Of a stretch of 64,000 nucleotides of DNA, positions 48,384-57,688 are shown one piece after another (positions within the stretch are counted from its first letter, which is position 1; each line of letters opens with the position of its first letter). Both the position numbers and the translations under genes were made by a program. The stretch is from Xanthobacteraceae bacterium (GTDB lineage: Bacteria > Pseudomonadota > Alphaproteobacteria > Rhizobiales > Xanthobacteraceae). The notes under the pieces are model-generated. The model was not told the origin of the DNA. It ran no database searches and saw only the letters and a list, made by a program, of their open reading frames with translations. The stretch covers positions 2,754 to 66,753 of the forward strand of contig JARLJA010000004.1 of assembly GCA_031291445.1 (NCBI GenBank), written 5' to 3'.

Positions 48384-49202
48384 TCAGCCGGTGGTGAGAA
48401 GCGCCAGCGCCTCGGCGTGAAGCGCTGGCGTTGCCGCCGCCACCACCCGTCCGTCCGAAGCGAGCGTCAATGGGTTGCCGTCCCAGTCCGAGATGGCGCC
48501 GCCGGCCTGCTGTATGACCGGCACGAGCGCCATGTAGTCGTAAGGCTGCAGCCCGGCCTCGACGACCAGGTCGCAGTGACCGCTGGCGAGAAGGCCGTAG
48601 GAATAGCAGTCGCCGCCGAAGCGCCGCAGCGCGACGCCCTGGGTAATGCGGCGATAGGCCTCCATCGCCTCACCCACGAACGTCTCGGGAGACGTGGTGT
48701 AGAATCGGGCCGCGGACAGGCTGGAGCACGGGCTGGTGCGCGCCGGCTCGCCATTGAACAACGTCCGGCCGGCCGCGCCGACCCAGCGCTCGCCGGTAGC
48801 CGGAATGTCGATCAGCCCGAATAGCGGCCCCTCGCCACCGATCAGCGCTATCAGGGTGCCGAACAACGGAACGCCGGTAATGAAGCTCTTGGTGCCGTCG
48901 ATCGGGTCGATCACCCATGTCAAGCCGTTGCCCGACTTGATCCCCAACTCCTCGCCATAGATGCCGTGCGCTGGAAATCGGCTGGCGATCATGTCGCGCA
49001 GCATCTTCTCGATCGTGCGGTCCGCGATCGTGACAGGGCTCTCGTCGGCCTTGTGGTCGACATCGAGGGCACTGCGAAAGTATCGCATGGCGATCGGTCG
49101 AGCCGCGTCGGCAAGCTCCGAAGCGAAGGACTGGGCGTCCGCGACATCCACGGTTGCAGGACGAATGCCTTGGCTTTCGACGTGCTTCGGATCAAGCGAC
49201 AT
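48384..49202 (-). CDS. Inositol monophosphatase / HisN-like phosphatase
   Basis: GEE, WVIDPIDGTKSF, GGDCYSY, LQPYD; start codon uncertain. Confidence 0.88.
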   Translation of the reverse strand: MSLDPKHVESQGIRPATVDVADAQSFASELADAARPIAMRYFRSALDVDHKADESPVTIADRTIEKMLRDMIASRFPAHGIYGEELGIKSGNGLTWVIDPIDGTKSFITGVPLFGTLIALIGGEGPLFGLIDIPATGERWVGAAGRTLFNGEPARTSPCSSLSAARFYTTSPETFVGEAMEAYRRITQGVALRRFGGDCYSYGLLASGHCDLVVEAGLQPYDYMALVPVIQQAGGAISDWDGNPLTLASDGRVVAAATPALHAEALALLTTG

Positions 49203-49296
49203 CGCAGCCTCTGCCCCAGCCGGGAGCGGCACGTTCGCTGTGGGAGACAACCACTGGAATCATAGGCAACTTTCGCAGTTTGAGCACTTCGGAAGC

Positions 49297-50061
49297 TCAG
49301 GCGGCAACGATCTTGCCGACGTGTTTCTTCCTTATTGCAGAGAGATGTCCCTGATCGGCGCGTCGGTCGGTCACCAGGACATCGACCTGGTCGCAGCCGC
49401 ACAGGCCGACCCGGCTCGTCTTGCCGAGCTTGCTGTAGTCGGCAAGAATCATCACGCACTCCGCGCGATCGATCATCACGCGTCCAAGCTGCGCCTCCGC
49501 GAGATCATAGCTGGTCGCCCCGTGTTCGGCATCGATGGCCACGGGCGACAGGATCGCGACATCCGGTCGGAATTGCTCCATTTGCGCGATCGCCAGCTCG
49601 CCGAAGGTGCCCGGAACGTCGTTACCGATGCGCCCGCCCAGCAGGATCACCGTGGCATTGGCCTGCGCGGCGCGTATGGTGGTGGCCACATCGAGCGAAT
49701 TGGTCACCACCGATACGTCCGGTATGCTGCTCAACGCGGCGGCGAAAGCGAGCGTGGTCGTACCGGTATCGATGGCGCAGAGCATGCCGGGCTCGATGAG
49801 CGCCGCAGCGGCCATCCCGATGCGCCGCTTCTCGGCCTCGCTGGCGCGCATGCGGGCCTTGAAGGGCGGCTCCTGCTCCGCGGGCGCAGCCACGACGCCG
49901 CCATGGACCCGCTTGAGCAATCCGGCCGATTCGAGATCCTGGATGTCGCGCCGGATCGTCTCCCGCGAAACCTCGAGCTCCTTCATCAGGAGATCATTGC
50001 TGATCTGCCCGCGCACGGTGAGCAGCGCCAGGATGCGATGATGTCTGTCTTTTGCCCACAC
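49297..50061 (-). CDS. DeoR/GlpR family transcriptional regulator
   Basis: VSRETIRRDIQDL, RVHGG, IDTGTT, VVTNS, DYSK. Confidence 0.92.
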   Translation of the reverse strand: MWAKDRHHRILALLTVRGQISNDLLMKELEVSRETIRRDIQDLESAGLLKRVHGGVVAAPAEQEPPFKARMRASEAEKRRIGMAAAALIEPGMLCAIDTGTTTLAFAAALSSIPDVSVVTNSLDVATTIRAAQANATVILLGGRIGNDVPGTFGELAIAQMEQFRPDVAILSPVAIDAEHGATSYDLAEAQLGRVMIDRAECVMILADYSKLGKTSRVGLCGCDQVDVLVTDRRADQGHLSAIRKKHVGKIVAA

Positions 50062-50196
50062 GGTCTGCGGTCCTCAGCATATTGCCTGCATTTTATTCAA
50101 CTTCTCGCCGATGGACACGGTCGACCTTGTCCTGCCACGCCGGAGCGGCGTGGGGTCGCTTGCCGGTCTGGCAGCGTCGCGCGGCGCCTTGCCTCA

Positions 50197-52014
50197 CTAT
50201 GTGACGCGATCTTCTCCTGCAAGATGACAGGCCACGATCCCGCCCTGCGGCAAGTGATGGACCGGCGGTTCCTGCTGCCGGCAGACCGGAAGGGCCTGCG
50301 GACAGCGGTTGGCAAAGGAACAACCGGCGGGAATGAGCAACGGCGAGGGCGGCTCGCCTTCGACGAGATAGTCGTCGCGCGCATAGGGCGATTCCTCGAG
50401 CGTCGGCGCCGCCGACAGGAGCGCTTTCGTATAGGGGTGCTGAGGCGCGAAGAACAGCATCTCGTTCGAGACGAGCTCGACGATCTTTCCGAGATACATG
50501 ACCGCCACGCGCGAACAGACGCGCCGCACCATCGCGAGATCATGGCTGATGAACAGGTAGGTGATCCCGCGAGCACTCTGCAACCGCTCGAAAAGCGCTA
50601 TCAATCGCGTCTGCTCGGTCTGGTCGAGCGCCGACAGTGTTTCGTCGAGCAGCAGGATTGCAGGCTCCAATACGAGGGCTCGGGCAAGATTGATCCGCTG
50701 CCGCTGGCCGGCGGACAGGCCAACCGGCAGCTTGGAATAGAGGCCCGGATCGAGGCCGACCTCCACCATCGTGTCCGTCACCCGCGTCCTTCTCTCGGAA
50801 GCGAGCATCGAGCGGTGCAGGCGCAACGGCTCGGAGATGATCCGGCCGACCGTCCAGTGTGCCGGGATCGAACCATAGGGGTCCTGGAGCACCAATTGGA
50901 GCCTGGCGCGAAGATGGAAGCGATCATTGCGGGACATTTTGCCCAGGTCGACGCCGTCAAAAGAGATCCGGCCTGCGTCCGGCATGTCGAGCCAGGTGAG
51001 AAGCCGCAGCAACGTCGATTTGCCGCAGCCCGATTCACCGACGATGCCGAGGCTCTCCCCGGATTTGACGTCGAAGCTGACGCCCCGGACTGCCTGGATG
51101 GATACCGATCCAAACAACGAACGCTGGTTGCGGACGCGATAGTTGCGCTTCACGTCCTGGACGGACAACACCGTCGCCGCATCGGCCTTGACCGCCGGAT
51201 GCGCCATCTCCCTGCTCCAGATCCGCGGGATCTGCGCGATCAACGCCTGCGAATAGGCCGTCTCGGGATGCGCCGCCAGCCGTTCCGGAGTCGAGCGCTC
51301 GACCACTCTCCCCTCTTCGAGCACGACGAGCCGGTCGGCGATGTTCTTGACCATGGGCAAGGAAGACGAGATGAACAGGATGGCGGTGTTCACTTCATTG
51401 CGCAGCATCTGGAACAGGCGGATGATCTGCGCGGCGACGGTGACGTCCAGCGGCTGGGTGACGTTGTCGGCGATCAGCAATTCCGTGCCGCCGATCATCG
51501 CATCGACGATCGCCGCGCGCTGGATCATGCCGCCGGAAAACTTGCTCGGCAGCTCGCCGGCCCGCAACCGCGCATCCGGAATCCTCACGGTCTCGAACAA
51601 TTCGACCACGCGGTCCAGTGCTTCCTTGTGGCCGACTTCCGGACGCACCGCGCGAAGCTTTTCCGCGATCTGACGACCGATCGGGATCGTCGGATCGAAT
51701 ACGGTGGTTGGATCAGCACCGACATAGCCGATCCGCCGGCCCCGTATCGCACGCAATTGCGCCGCGTCCGCGCCGACCATGTCGACGCCGTCGAAACTCA
51801 CCGCTCCCCCGGTCACCGACAGCGCCGGATCGAGCCATCCGATCAGCGCCTTGGCGAGCACGCTTTTGCCCGAGCCGCTGCGGCCGATGATGCCGAAGGT
51901 CTCGCGGCGGCTCACCGCAAATGAGATGTTGTCGAGGACGACCTTGCTGCGTCCGCCGATACTTGCGGCAACGCCGAGGTTATCGACGCCCAGGAGAATG
52001 TCGGACGGCATCAC
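50197..52014 (-). CDS. Fused dual ATPase of a peptide/opine/nickel-family ABC transporter
   Basis: GRSGSGKS and GESGCGKS Walker A motifs; FSGGM and LSAGQ; C-terminal GCSFANRC. Confidence 0.92.
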   Translation of the reverse strand: MMPSDILLGVDNLGVAASIGGRSKVVLDNISFAVSRRETFGIIGRSGSGKSVLAKALIGWLDPALSVTGGAVSFDGVDMVGADAAQLRAIRGRRIGYVGADPTTVFDPTIPIGRQIAEKLRAVRPEVGHKEALDRVVELFETVRIPDARLRAGELPSKFSGGMIQRAAIVDAMIGGTELLIADNVTQPLDVTVAAQIIRLFQMLRNEVNTAILFISSSLPMVKNIADRLVVLEEGRVVERSTPERLAAHPETAYSQALIAQIPRIWSREMAHPAVKADAATVLSVQDVKRNYRVRNQRSLFGSVSIQAVRGVSFDVKSGESLGIVGESGCGKSTLLRLLTWLDMPDAGRISFDGVDLGKMSRNDRFHLRARLQLVLQDPYGSIPAHWTVGRIISEPLRLHRSMLASERRTRVTDTMVEVGLDPGLYSKLPVGLSAGQRQRINLARALVLEPAILLLDETLSALDQTEQTRLIALFERLQSARGITYLFISHDLAMVRRVCSRVAVMYLGKIVELVSNEMLFFAPQHPYTKALLSAAPTLEESPYARDDYLVEGEPPSPLLIPAGCSFANRCPQALPVCRQQEPPVHHLPQGGIVACHLAGEDRVT

Positions 52015-52925
52015 AGGCCTCCCAGGACCCGGTTACGGGCACGTTCGAGAGCGACCCCCATCATATTGACCGCGAGCAGGACGACGATCAGGAAGACGCC
52101 GGGAAGCGACGCAACCCACCAGGCATTCATCAGATATTTGCGGCCGTCGGCGATGATCGTTCCGAGCGTCGGGGTCGGGGGCTGCAATCCGAGGCCGAGA
52201 AAATCCAACGTGGCCTCGAAAATCATCAACCGGGCCAGATCGAGCACGGCCGCGAAGGCCAAGGGCGGCAAAACCACCGGCGCGATCAGAAGGCCCAGGA
52301 TCCTCAGATCCGAGGCGCCGAGTACGCGTGCCGCCCGGACGTATTCCCGCTCTCGTTCACCGAGAGCTGCGGCGCGAGTCACCCGGGCATATGTCGGCCA
52401 TCCCGCCAGGGTCAGGACGAGCACGACGAGCGCGGGTGTCGGGCGGGTCACGCCGAGGATGGTGATCGCCAAGATGATCGGGGGGATCGACAATTGCACG
52501 TCGACGACGCGCATCAGCAGTTGGTCGGTCAGGCCTCCGTGGAAGCCGGAATACAGGCCAATCGCGGCGCCTACCGCAAACGTCAGCACCACCGCGGCGA
52601 GGGCAAGCAGGAATGATATCTGAAGACCGACGAGGCTGCGGGACAGCATGTCTCGGCCGAGCTGGTCCGTCCCGAGCGGATAGGCCCAGCTGCCGCCGGC
52701 GAATGCGGGTGGCAGCAATTTCTCCCTGAAGTGCATCACTTGCGGGTCCGCGCCGGACAACAGCGGATAGAGGAATGCGCCCAGCACCAGGACGACGAAG
52801 AGGCCGAGACCGACCGTGAACCACGGCGACTTGCGGGTTTCCAGCCAGATTCGCCGGGCGACCGACAGCTCCTTTTCGTCGGCAACCAGCGCTTCGGAGA
52901 AATCTGCGTCGATGACGGTCATCAA
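52011..52925 (-). CDS. ABC permease (DppC-like)
   Basis: YPLGTDQLGRD, EYVRAARVLGAS, LGLGLQPP. Confidence 0.92.
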   Translation of the reverse strand: MMTVIDADFSEALVADEKELSVARRIWLETRKSPWFTVGLGLFVVLVLGAFLYPLLSGADPQVMHFREKLLPPAFAGGSWAYPLGTDQLGRDMLSRSLVGLQISFLLALAAVVLTFAVGAAIGLYSGFHGGLTDQLLMRVVDVQLSIPPIILAITILGVTRPTPALVVLVLTLAGWPTYARVTRAAALGEREREYVRAARVLGASDLRILGLLIAPVVLPPLAFAAVLDLARLMIFEATLDFLGLGLQPPTPTLGTIIADGRKYLMNAWWVASLPGVFLIVVLLAVNMMGVALERARNRVLGGL

Positions 52926-53911
52926 TATTCGAGCCTCGGATCGATCAGGCCGGCAAGGAGATCAACGAGGATGTTGATCACGACGAAGATGGCGCTCGTC
53001 AGCATGGCGATCGCCTGGATCAGCGGGAAGTCGCGCTGCAGCACCGCTTCGATGGTCAAGGCTCCGAGGCCGGGGTAGTCGAAGATATACTCCACCACCA
53101 ACACGCCACCCAGCAGCGCCGAAAGCTGGACGCCCAACATGTTGAGCAGCGGCACCGAGGCGCCTTTCATGGCGTGGTGGTAGATGACCTGGCTCGGATG
53201 CAATCCGCGGATCAAACCGATACGGACGAAGTTCTGACTCATCATGGCGCCCAGCGACAGCGCCAGCGAGCGGACCAGCACCGGAATGATCTCGATGGCG
53301 AGAACGATCGCCGGCAGGATCGAATAGGTAACGTCGCGATAACCCACCGCTGGCAGCCAGTGCAACTGGATCGAAACGACAAGAACCAGAATGCCGGCAA
53401 GCCAGAAATTGGGCATCGAGACCAGCACCGAGGACAGCATCAGCGCCGCGGCATCGGGCCATCGCCCGGCATGGAGGCCGGCGAACAGGCCGATCGGAAT
53501 CGACACCGAGAGCGCGATGGCCATGGCCATCATCGCCAGTTGCAGGGTGAGGGGCAGACGGTCGAGGATCAGATCGATCACGCGGGCGCGCTCCGCCCGC
53601 GTCGGGTCGTCGGCCCGGCCGCCGGCCACGGCGCTGGCACCCGACTTCGGGCGCACGAACGACGTGCCGAAATCGCCGTGCAGAACGACCTTCTTCAGGT
53701 AGATGAAATATTGGACCAGCATCGGACTGCGCAAGCCCATCTCGGTGGCGATCTTCTCCACCGTCTCTTCGGTCGCCATCCCGCCGGCGATCATGCGCGC
53801 AGGGTTGCCCGGCCCGGTCCGCAGCAGGCAGAAGACGATGAGAGACGCCAGCAGCACAATCACGACGGATTGGGCGAGACGGCGCAGCAAAAATGACGTT
53901 ACACGAACCAT
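52922..53911 (-). CDS. ABC permease (DppB-like)
   Basis: HGDFGTS, SMPNFW, YIFDYPGLG, DPRL. Confidence 0.92.
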   Translation of the reverse strand: MVRVTSFLLRRLAQSVVIVLLASLIVFCLLRTGPGNPARMIAGGMATEETVEKIATEMGLRSPMLVQYFIYLKKVVLHGDFGTSFVRPKSGASAVAGGRADDPTRAERARVIDLILDRLPLTLQLAMMAMAIALSVSIPIGLFAGLHAGRWPDAAALMLSSVLVSMPNFWLAGILVLVVSIQLHWLPAVGYRDVTYSILPAIVLAIEIIPVLVRSLALSLGAMMSQNFVRIGLIRGLHPSQVIYHHAMKGASVPLLNMLGVQLSALLGGVLVVEYIFDYPGLGALTIEAVLQRDFPLIQAIAMLTSAIFVVINILVDLLAGLIDPRLEY

Positions 53912-53949
53912 GCCGTCTCGCGATCTCCGACTAAGGTGGATCTGGTGGC

Positions 53950-53978
53950 ATCCTCCCGCGACGGAGCCGCGGGAGGAT
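53950..53978. terminator. Stem-loop between the SBP and permease genes (stabiliser or attenuator)
   Basis: atcctcccgcg-acggagc-cgcgggaggat, 11-bp perfect stem without a U-tract. Confidence 0.5.
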
Positions 53979-53983
53979 CGCCT

Positions 53984-55525
53984 TCAGGCCAGGGTTGCGT
54001 TGTTGAAGTCGATCTGGGCGGTCGGCAGGATCCGTACACCGCTCAGGCGACTGGTCATCGCGTGCAGAAGGTTGGAGTTGAAGAGCACCAGATTGGGCAG
54101 CTTGTCGGCGATGGCCGGCAGCGTCACCGTTTCCAGGGCTTCCTTCCTCAGTTCCAGCGTCGGCGCCAGCATCTCTTTCTCGATAGCGGCATCGAGAGCC
54201 GGATCCTTGGCGCCGGTGATGAGACCGACCTTGGAGTAGTATTGGAACACGATCTGGAGATTGGGCTCCGGCGTGCCCACCGCCCATCCACCGTCGATCA
54301 TGTGTCCCGCGTTGGGATTGTAGTAGCGATCGTTCCAGGCCGCGACTTCCAGCACGGTGAGCGTGACCGGAAAGCCCTGGGCTTGGAGCATCGCCGTGAT
54401 GGCTTCGCAATATTCCTTGGTCTTGGGATAGAAGCCCGTCGATGTGATGTATTCGATCTCGGGCATGCCCTTGCCGCGGGGATAGCCCGCCTCGGCCAAC
54501 AGCTGCTGACATAGCTTTGGATCGAACTTGCCGTAGTCCGGCAGCGCCCGATAACCCAGCTTCATCGGCGGCAGAACGCTGTCTGCGGCGTAGCCGGCGT
54601 CGCCGGCGATGCCGAGGATCGCCTCGCGGTCGATCGCGGCTGCCGCAGCGCGACGCACCCGCGAGTCGTCGAACGGCCTTCGGCCATTGCGGAAATGAAG
54701 ATACTTGTTCTCGACGGATTGCAGCTTGCTGGTGGTGATCCCGGCTTTCGACTTGAGGCTGAGATACTGTTCGGGCTCCAGCCGCTCGATCAACTCCGCT
54801 TCGCCGGACTGCAATGCGAGGATGCGCGCGTTGCCGTCAGGAACGTGGCGGACGACGACCCGCTTGATCTTCGGCTTGCTGGGTCCCCAGTAGTGCTCGT
54901 TGGCTTCGAAGATGACTTCGTCCTTGTCCTGGCCGACGAGGCGGTAGGGGCCGGTGCCGTTCATGCCGCGTTGCAGCGCCTTGCCGTCGGCGACGTCCTT
55001 GGCCCGCAGGATCGGACAATACGCCTGCAGGAAGAGAAAACTGCTGATCGGAACGCCGAGGCTCTTGGTCGAGACCGTGATCGTCTCACGGTCCTTGATG
55101 CCCACTTCGAGCGGTCCGGCAAAGAAGGCGCGCGCGATCTTGGGCTGGGAATAATGCTCCAGGGAGGCCTTGACGTCCTCGACCGTAAGGTCGGCGCCGT
55201 CATGGAATTTGACCCCCTGCCGGATCTTCATCTCGACCGTGAAGGGATCGATCAGGGAATGGCCGGTCGCCAGCGACGGAACCGGCTTGATCGGGTCGAG
55301 GCCGGCAGTCATCGGATAGAGCAGCAGATAGTCGAAGGCGAGATATTCACAATTGACGTTCGCCAAGGTCGTGTTGGCGGCGGGATCCCAATTGCCCGTG
55401 GTGTTCTCCGCCATCAGCCAACGCACCGTGTTGGACGGCGCCGCCCCGGCCGGCCTGATGATGGAGGGCGCGGCCAGCGTGGCCACGGTAGCGCTCTGCA
55501 GGAACCTTCTCCGACTGACGTTCAC
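53984..55525 (-). CDS. Family-5 ABC substrate-binding protein with a Tat signal
   Basis: SRRRFLQ; GVKFHDG...TVEDVKAS, NGTGPY, FDDSRVRRA. Confidence 0.92.
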   Translation of the reverse strand: MNVSRRRFLQSATVATLAAPSIIRPAGAAPSNTVRWLMAENTTGNWDPAANTTLANVNCEYLAFDYLLLYPMTAGLDPIKPVPSLATGHSLIDPFTVEMKIRQGVKFHDGADLTVEDVKASLEHYSQPKIARAFFAGPLEVGIKDRETITVSTKSLGVPISSFLFLQAYCPILRAKDVADGKALQRGMNGTGPYRLVGQDKDEVIFEANEHYWGPSKPKIKRVVVRHVPDGNARILALQSGEAELIERLEPEQYLSLKSKAGITTSKLQSVENKYLHFRNGRRPFDDSRVRRAAAAAIDREAILGIAGDAGYAADSVLPPMKLGYRALPDYGKFDPKLCQQLLAEAGYPRGKGMPEIEYITSTGFYPKTKEYCEAITAMLQAQGFPVTLTVLEVAAWNDRYYNPNAGHMIDGGWAVGTPEPNLQIVFQYYSKVGLITGAKDPALDAAIEKEMLAPTLELRKEALETVTLPAIADKLPNLVLFNSNLLHAMTSRLSGVRILPTAQIDFNNATLA

Positions 55526-55609
55526 TCCGCTCTCCTCTGGTTGTATGACTTGGTTCGAAATGTCCCGGACACGCCGCGCTGCGCGCCAGGCGGTCGACGT
55601 GATCGACGG

Positions 55610-56545
55610 TCAAATCGCGCGCAACGCCTCTTCCCAGCCGGGAAAGCGCATGGCGTGCCGGGTCCGCAGAAACAGAAGATCCGAGTACTTTGCGAAATCG
55701 AATGGAATCGACGAAATCCGGCTTTGAAGCGCGGCCCATAGGCCCCACGTCACGCCGGCGACGCCCCCATAGAGATGGATACGCGCTTCGGCGGCGGCAG
55801 AGAAAGCCCCGTCGTGGATTTCGATGACTTCCTGGATCTTTGACCGGCTGAGGAAATTCTCGAACGAGAGCATCGCGAGATCCCAATAGGGATCGTTGTT
55901 GGAACCGTATTCCCAGTCGATGATCATGACGTTCTTGCCGGCGTCGATCATATAATTGGTGACGTAGGCGTCGTTGTAACACGCGCACAGGGCGAAGCCG
56001 GCCGCGGTGACCGCCGCGTTGGCGCGGCTGCATTGCCAGAGCAGATAATCGATGTCCCGCGGCAGGCGGGCGCCGTGGGTCCTGCACTGATCGAGCCGTT
56101 CGGACAGCTGATCGAATCCCGTCTTGGTCCGCGACAGCGTTTGAGTGCCGTGGATCGCGCGATAGGCCTGAACGACGTTGGAGAGGATCGTCCTGTCGAG
56201 CATGTCGCCGACATTGCAGCTGCGGAAGGATTCGAGAAACTCGTGCACCTCGATCTCGCCATCCTCGATGTAATGCAGCAGCTTCGGCGCATAGCCGGCG
56301 TCGGCGGCCTTGGTCGTGGCTTCGCGCGCGAGTTTTCGATCGATGAAGATGTCGGTCTTGTCGCCCGGAATCTTCATGAAATAGCTTGCGTCGTCTTCGG
56401 CGACGAAGATTTTCCAGTTCAGGTTGGTGATGCCTCCATTGATCCGCTCATAGGAGACGCTCTTGCCGCGCCACGCCGCGACCTTGCCGATCGCCGCTTC
56501 GACGGCCTGCCCGAGTGGATCCGTTGCCTCGCCAAGCTTCGTCAC
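55610..56545 (-). CDS. Choline/ethanolamine kinase-like phosphotransferase (LicA-like)
   Basis: GGITN loop, MKIPG, CYNDAYVTN (Brenner motif, His to Tyr), IDWEYG, NDPYWDLA. Confidence 0.85.
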   Translation of the reverse strand: MTKLGEATDPLGQAVEAAIGKVAAWRGKSVSYERINGGITNLNWKIFVAEDDASYFMKIPGDKTDIFIDRKLAREATTKAADAGYAPKLLHYIEDGEIEVHEFLESFRSCNVGDMLDRTILSNVVQAYRAIHGTQTLSRTKTGFDQLSERLDQCRTHGARLPRDIDYLLWQCSRANAAVTAAGFALCACYNDAYVTNYMIDAGKNVMIIDWEYGSNNDPYWDLAMLSFENFLSRSKIQEVIEIHDGAFSAAAEARIHLYGGVAGVTWGLWAALQSRISSIPFDFAKYSDLLFLRTRHAMRFPGWEEALRAI

Positions 56546-56552
56546 TGCGGCC

Positions 56553-57518
56553 TCATGCTCGTCTCAACAGGGAATCTGCGTCCCAGACGCCCAGCCAATA
56601 GGTTCCGCGCAACAAGCGGTTCTGGGCATATTTGTAGAACTCGACCGTGGTGGCGCGCGGAGAGGTCGCATGCGCCAGCAGGGCCCAGCATCCCCACAGG
56701 AAATCGTCGACGATCATGTACAATTTGGCACGCGCGACGGCGCGCTGATCGGAATGACCGAGATACAGTTCGACCGCCGCCTCGATCTCGTCGTCGAAGC
56801 TGCAAAATTCGAGGCAGAAGGCACCCACGTCGTAGAGTGGGTCGCCGTTCGCGGCCTGGTCGAAGTCGACGAGCCGGACCTCGTTCGCCGGGCCGAGCAT
56901 GACATTGCTGAGCGCATTCTCGCCATGGAGCGGCGCGAGATCGATCCCGGCGGCGGCGATCCCCCGCTCGATGCGCTCGGTCCAGTCCGCCAGCGTATGA
57001 AACGCGAGCGGAAGCGTCGACGCCGACGGCGTTCTCTCCGCCAGGGAGTTGATCCTTTCGCGGTAGGCACGAATGACCTCGAAGGGACTGCGCGTTCTGC
57101 CCAGCAGGCCGCTGCGGTGCCAGGCGCGCTTGGCGGCGAATATCGCCGACCGGACCGCGATCGTTTCGAGATCCGCGCGCGACGCCATGCGCCACGCGTC
57201 CGGCGCCAGGAAATCGAACAGCACCGCGGATCTGTCCGCGTCATGCGCGATCACGGCCGGCCCGATGCCGCATTGTCCCGCCCGGGTGGCGGCCGCGACC
57301 GCCGCGTCGAGATCGATGAAGGGCAGCATGTCGGGCGCGTAGATCTTGAGAAAGACGGGCGCGCCGGAGCGGGGGCGGACCAGACAAGGCGTCGCATCGA
57401 TCGCCAGATGCATCGGCATGATGATCGGCGGCATCATCACGATGCAGTCCGGGTCCGACCCGACATGACCGGCAAAGCCGGCGAGCGTGAAATCGAGATC
57501 CGCCTCAGTCGCGCTCAT
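56553..57518 (-). CDS. Divergent choline-kinase-fold protein (possible pseudokinase)
   Basis: FLKIY, HGENALSN (catalytic Asp to Glu), VDFDQA, GDPLYDVG; no GGxTN loop. Confidence 0.75.
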   Translation of the reverse strand: MSATEADLDFTLAGFAGHVGSDPDCIVMMPPIIMPMHLAIDATPCLVRPRSGAPVFLKIYAPDMLPFIDLDAAVAAATRAGQCGIGPAVIAHDADRSAVLFDFLAPDAWRMASRADLETIAVRSAIFAAKRAWHRSGLLGRTRSPFEVIRAYRERINSLAERTPSASTLPLAFHTLADWTERIERGIAAAGIDLAPLHGENALSNVMLGPANEVRLVDFDQAANGDPLYDVGAFCLEFCSFDDEIEAAVELYLGHSDQRAVARAKLYMIVDDFLWGCWALLAHATSPRATTVEFYKYAQNRLLRGTYWLGVWDADSLLRRA

Positions 57519-57688
57519 GACCTGATTGACCTGATGTCCATTTCGACCCGACCCCGCCCTGCCGTCGCCACCGTCAATATACACAAATATGCACAAACGC
57601 ACATTTTATTGTCAAGCGGGTTTTATCGAGCTAAGAGTTTCGCAGTCGTAACCAAGCATGTCGCCCGCCAGCCGGCGGCGCCTGCAGG

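Noticed and set aside
48354-48384. Cobalamin riboswitch or separate promoter before B12-dependent eutBC
   Set aside because: The gap is only ~30 bp and no B12-box was seen elsewhere in the cluster.
48961-51924. 987-aa plus-strand ORF
   Set aside because: Antisense to the well-supported DeoR and ABC ATPase genes; no recognisable domain.
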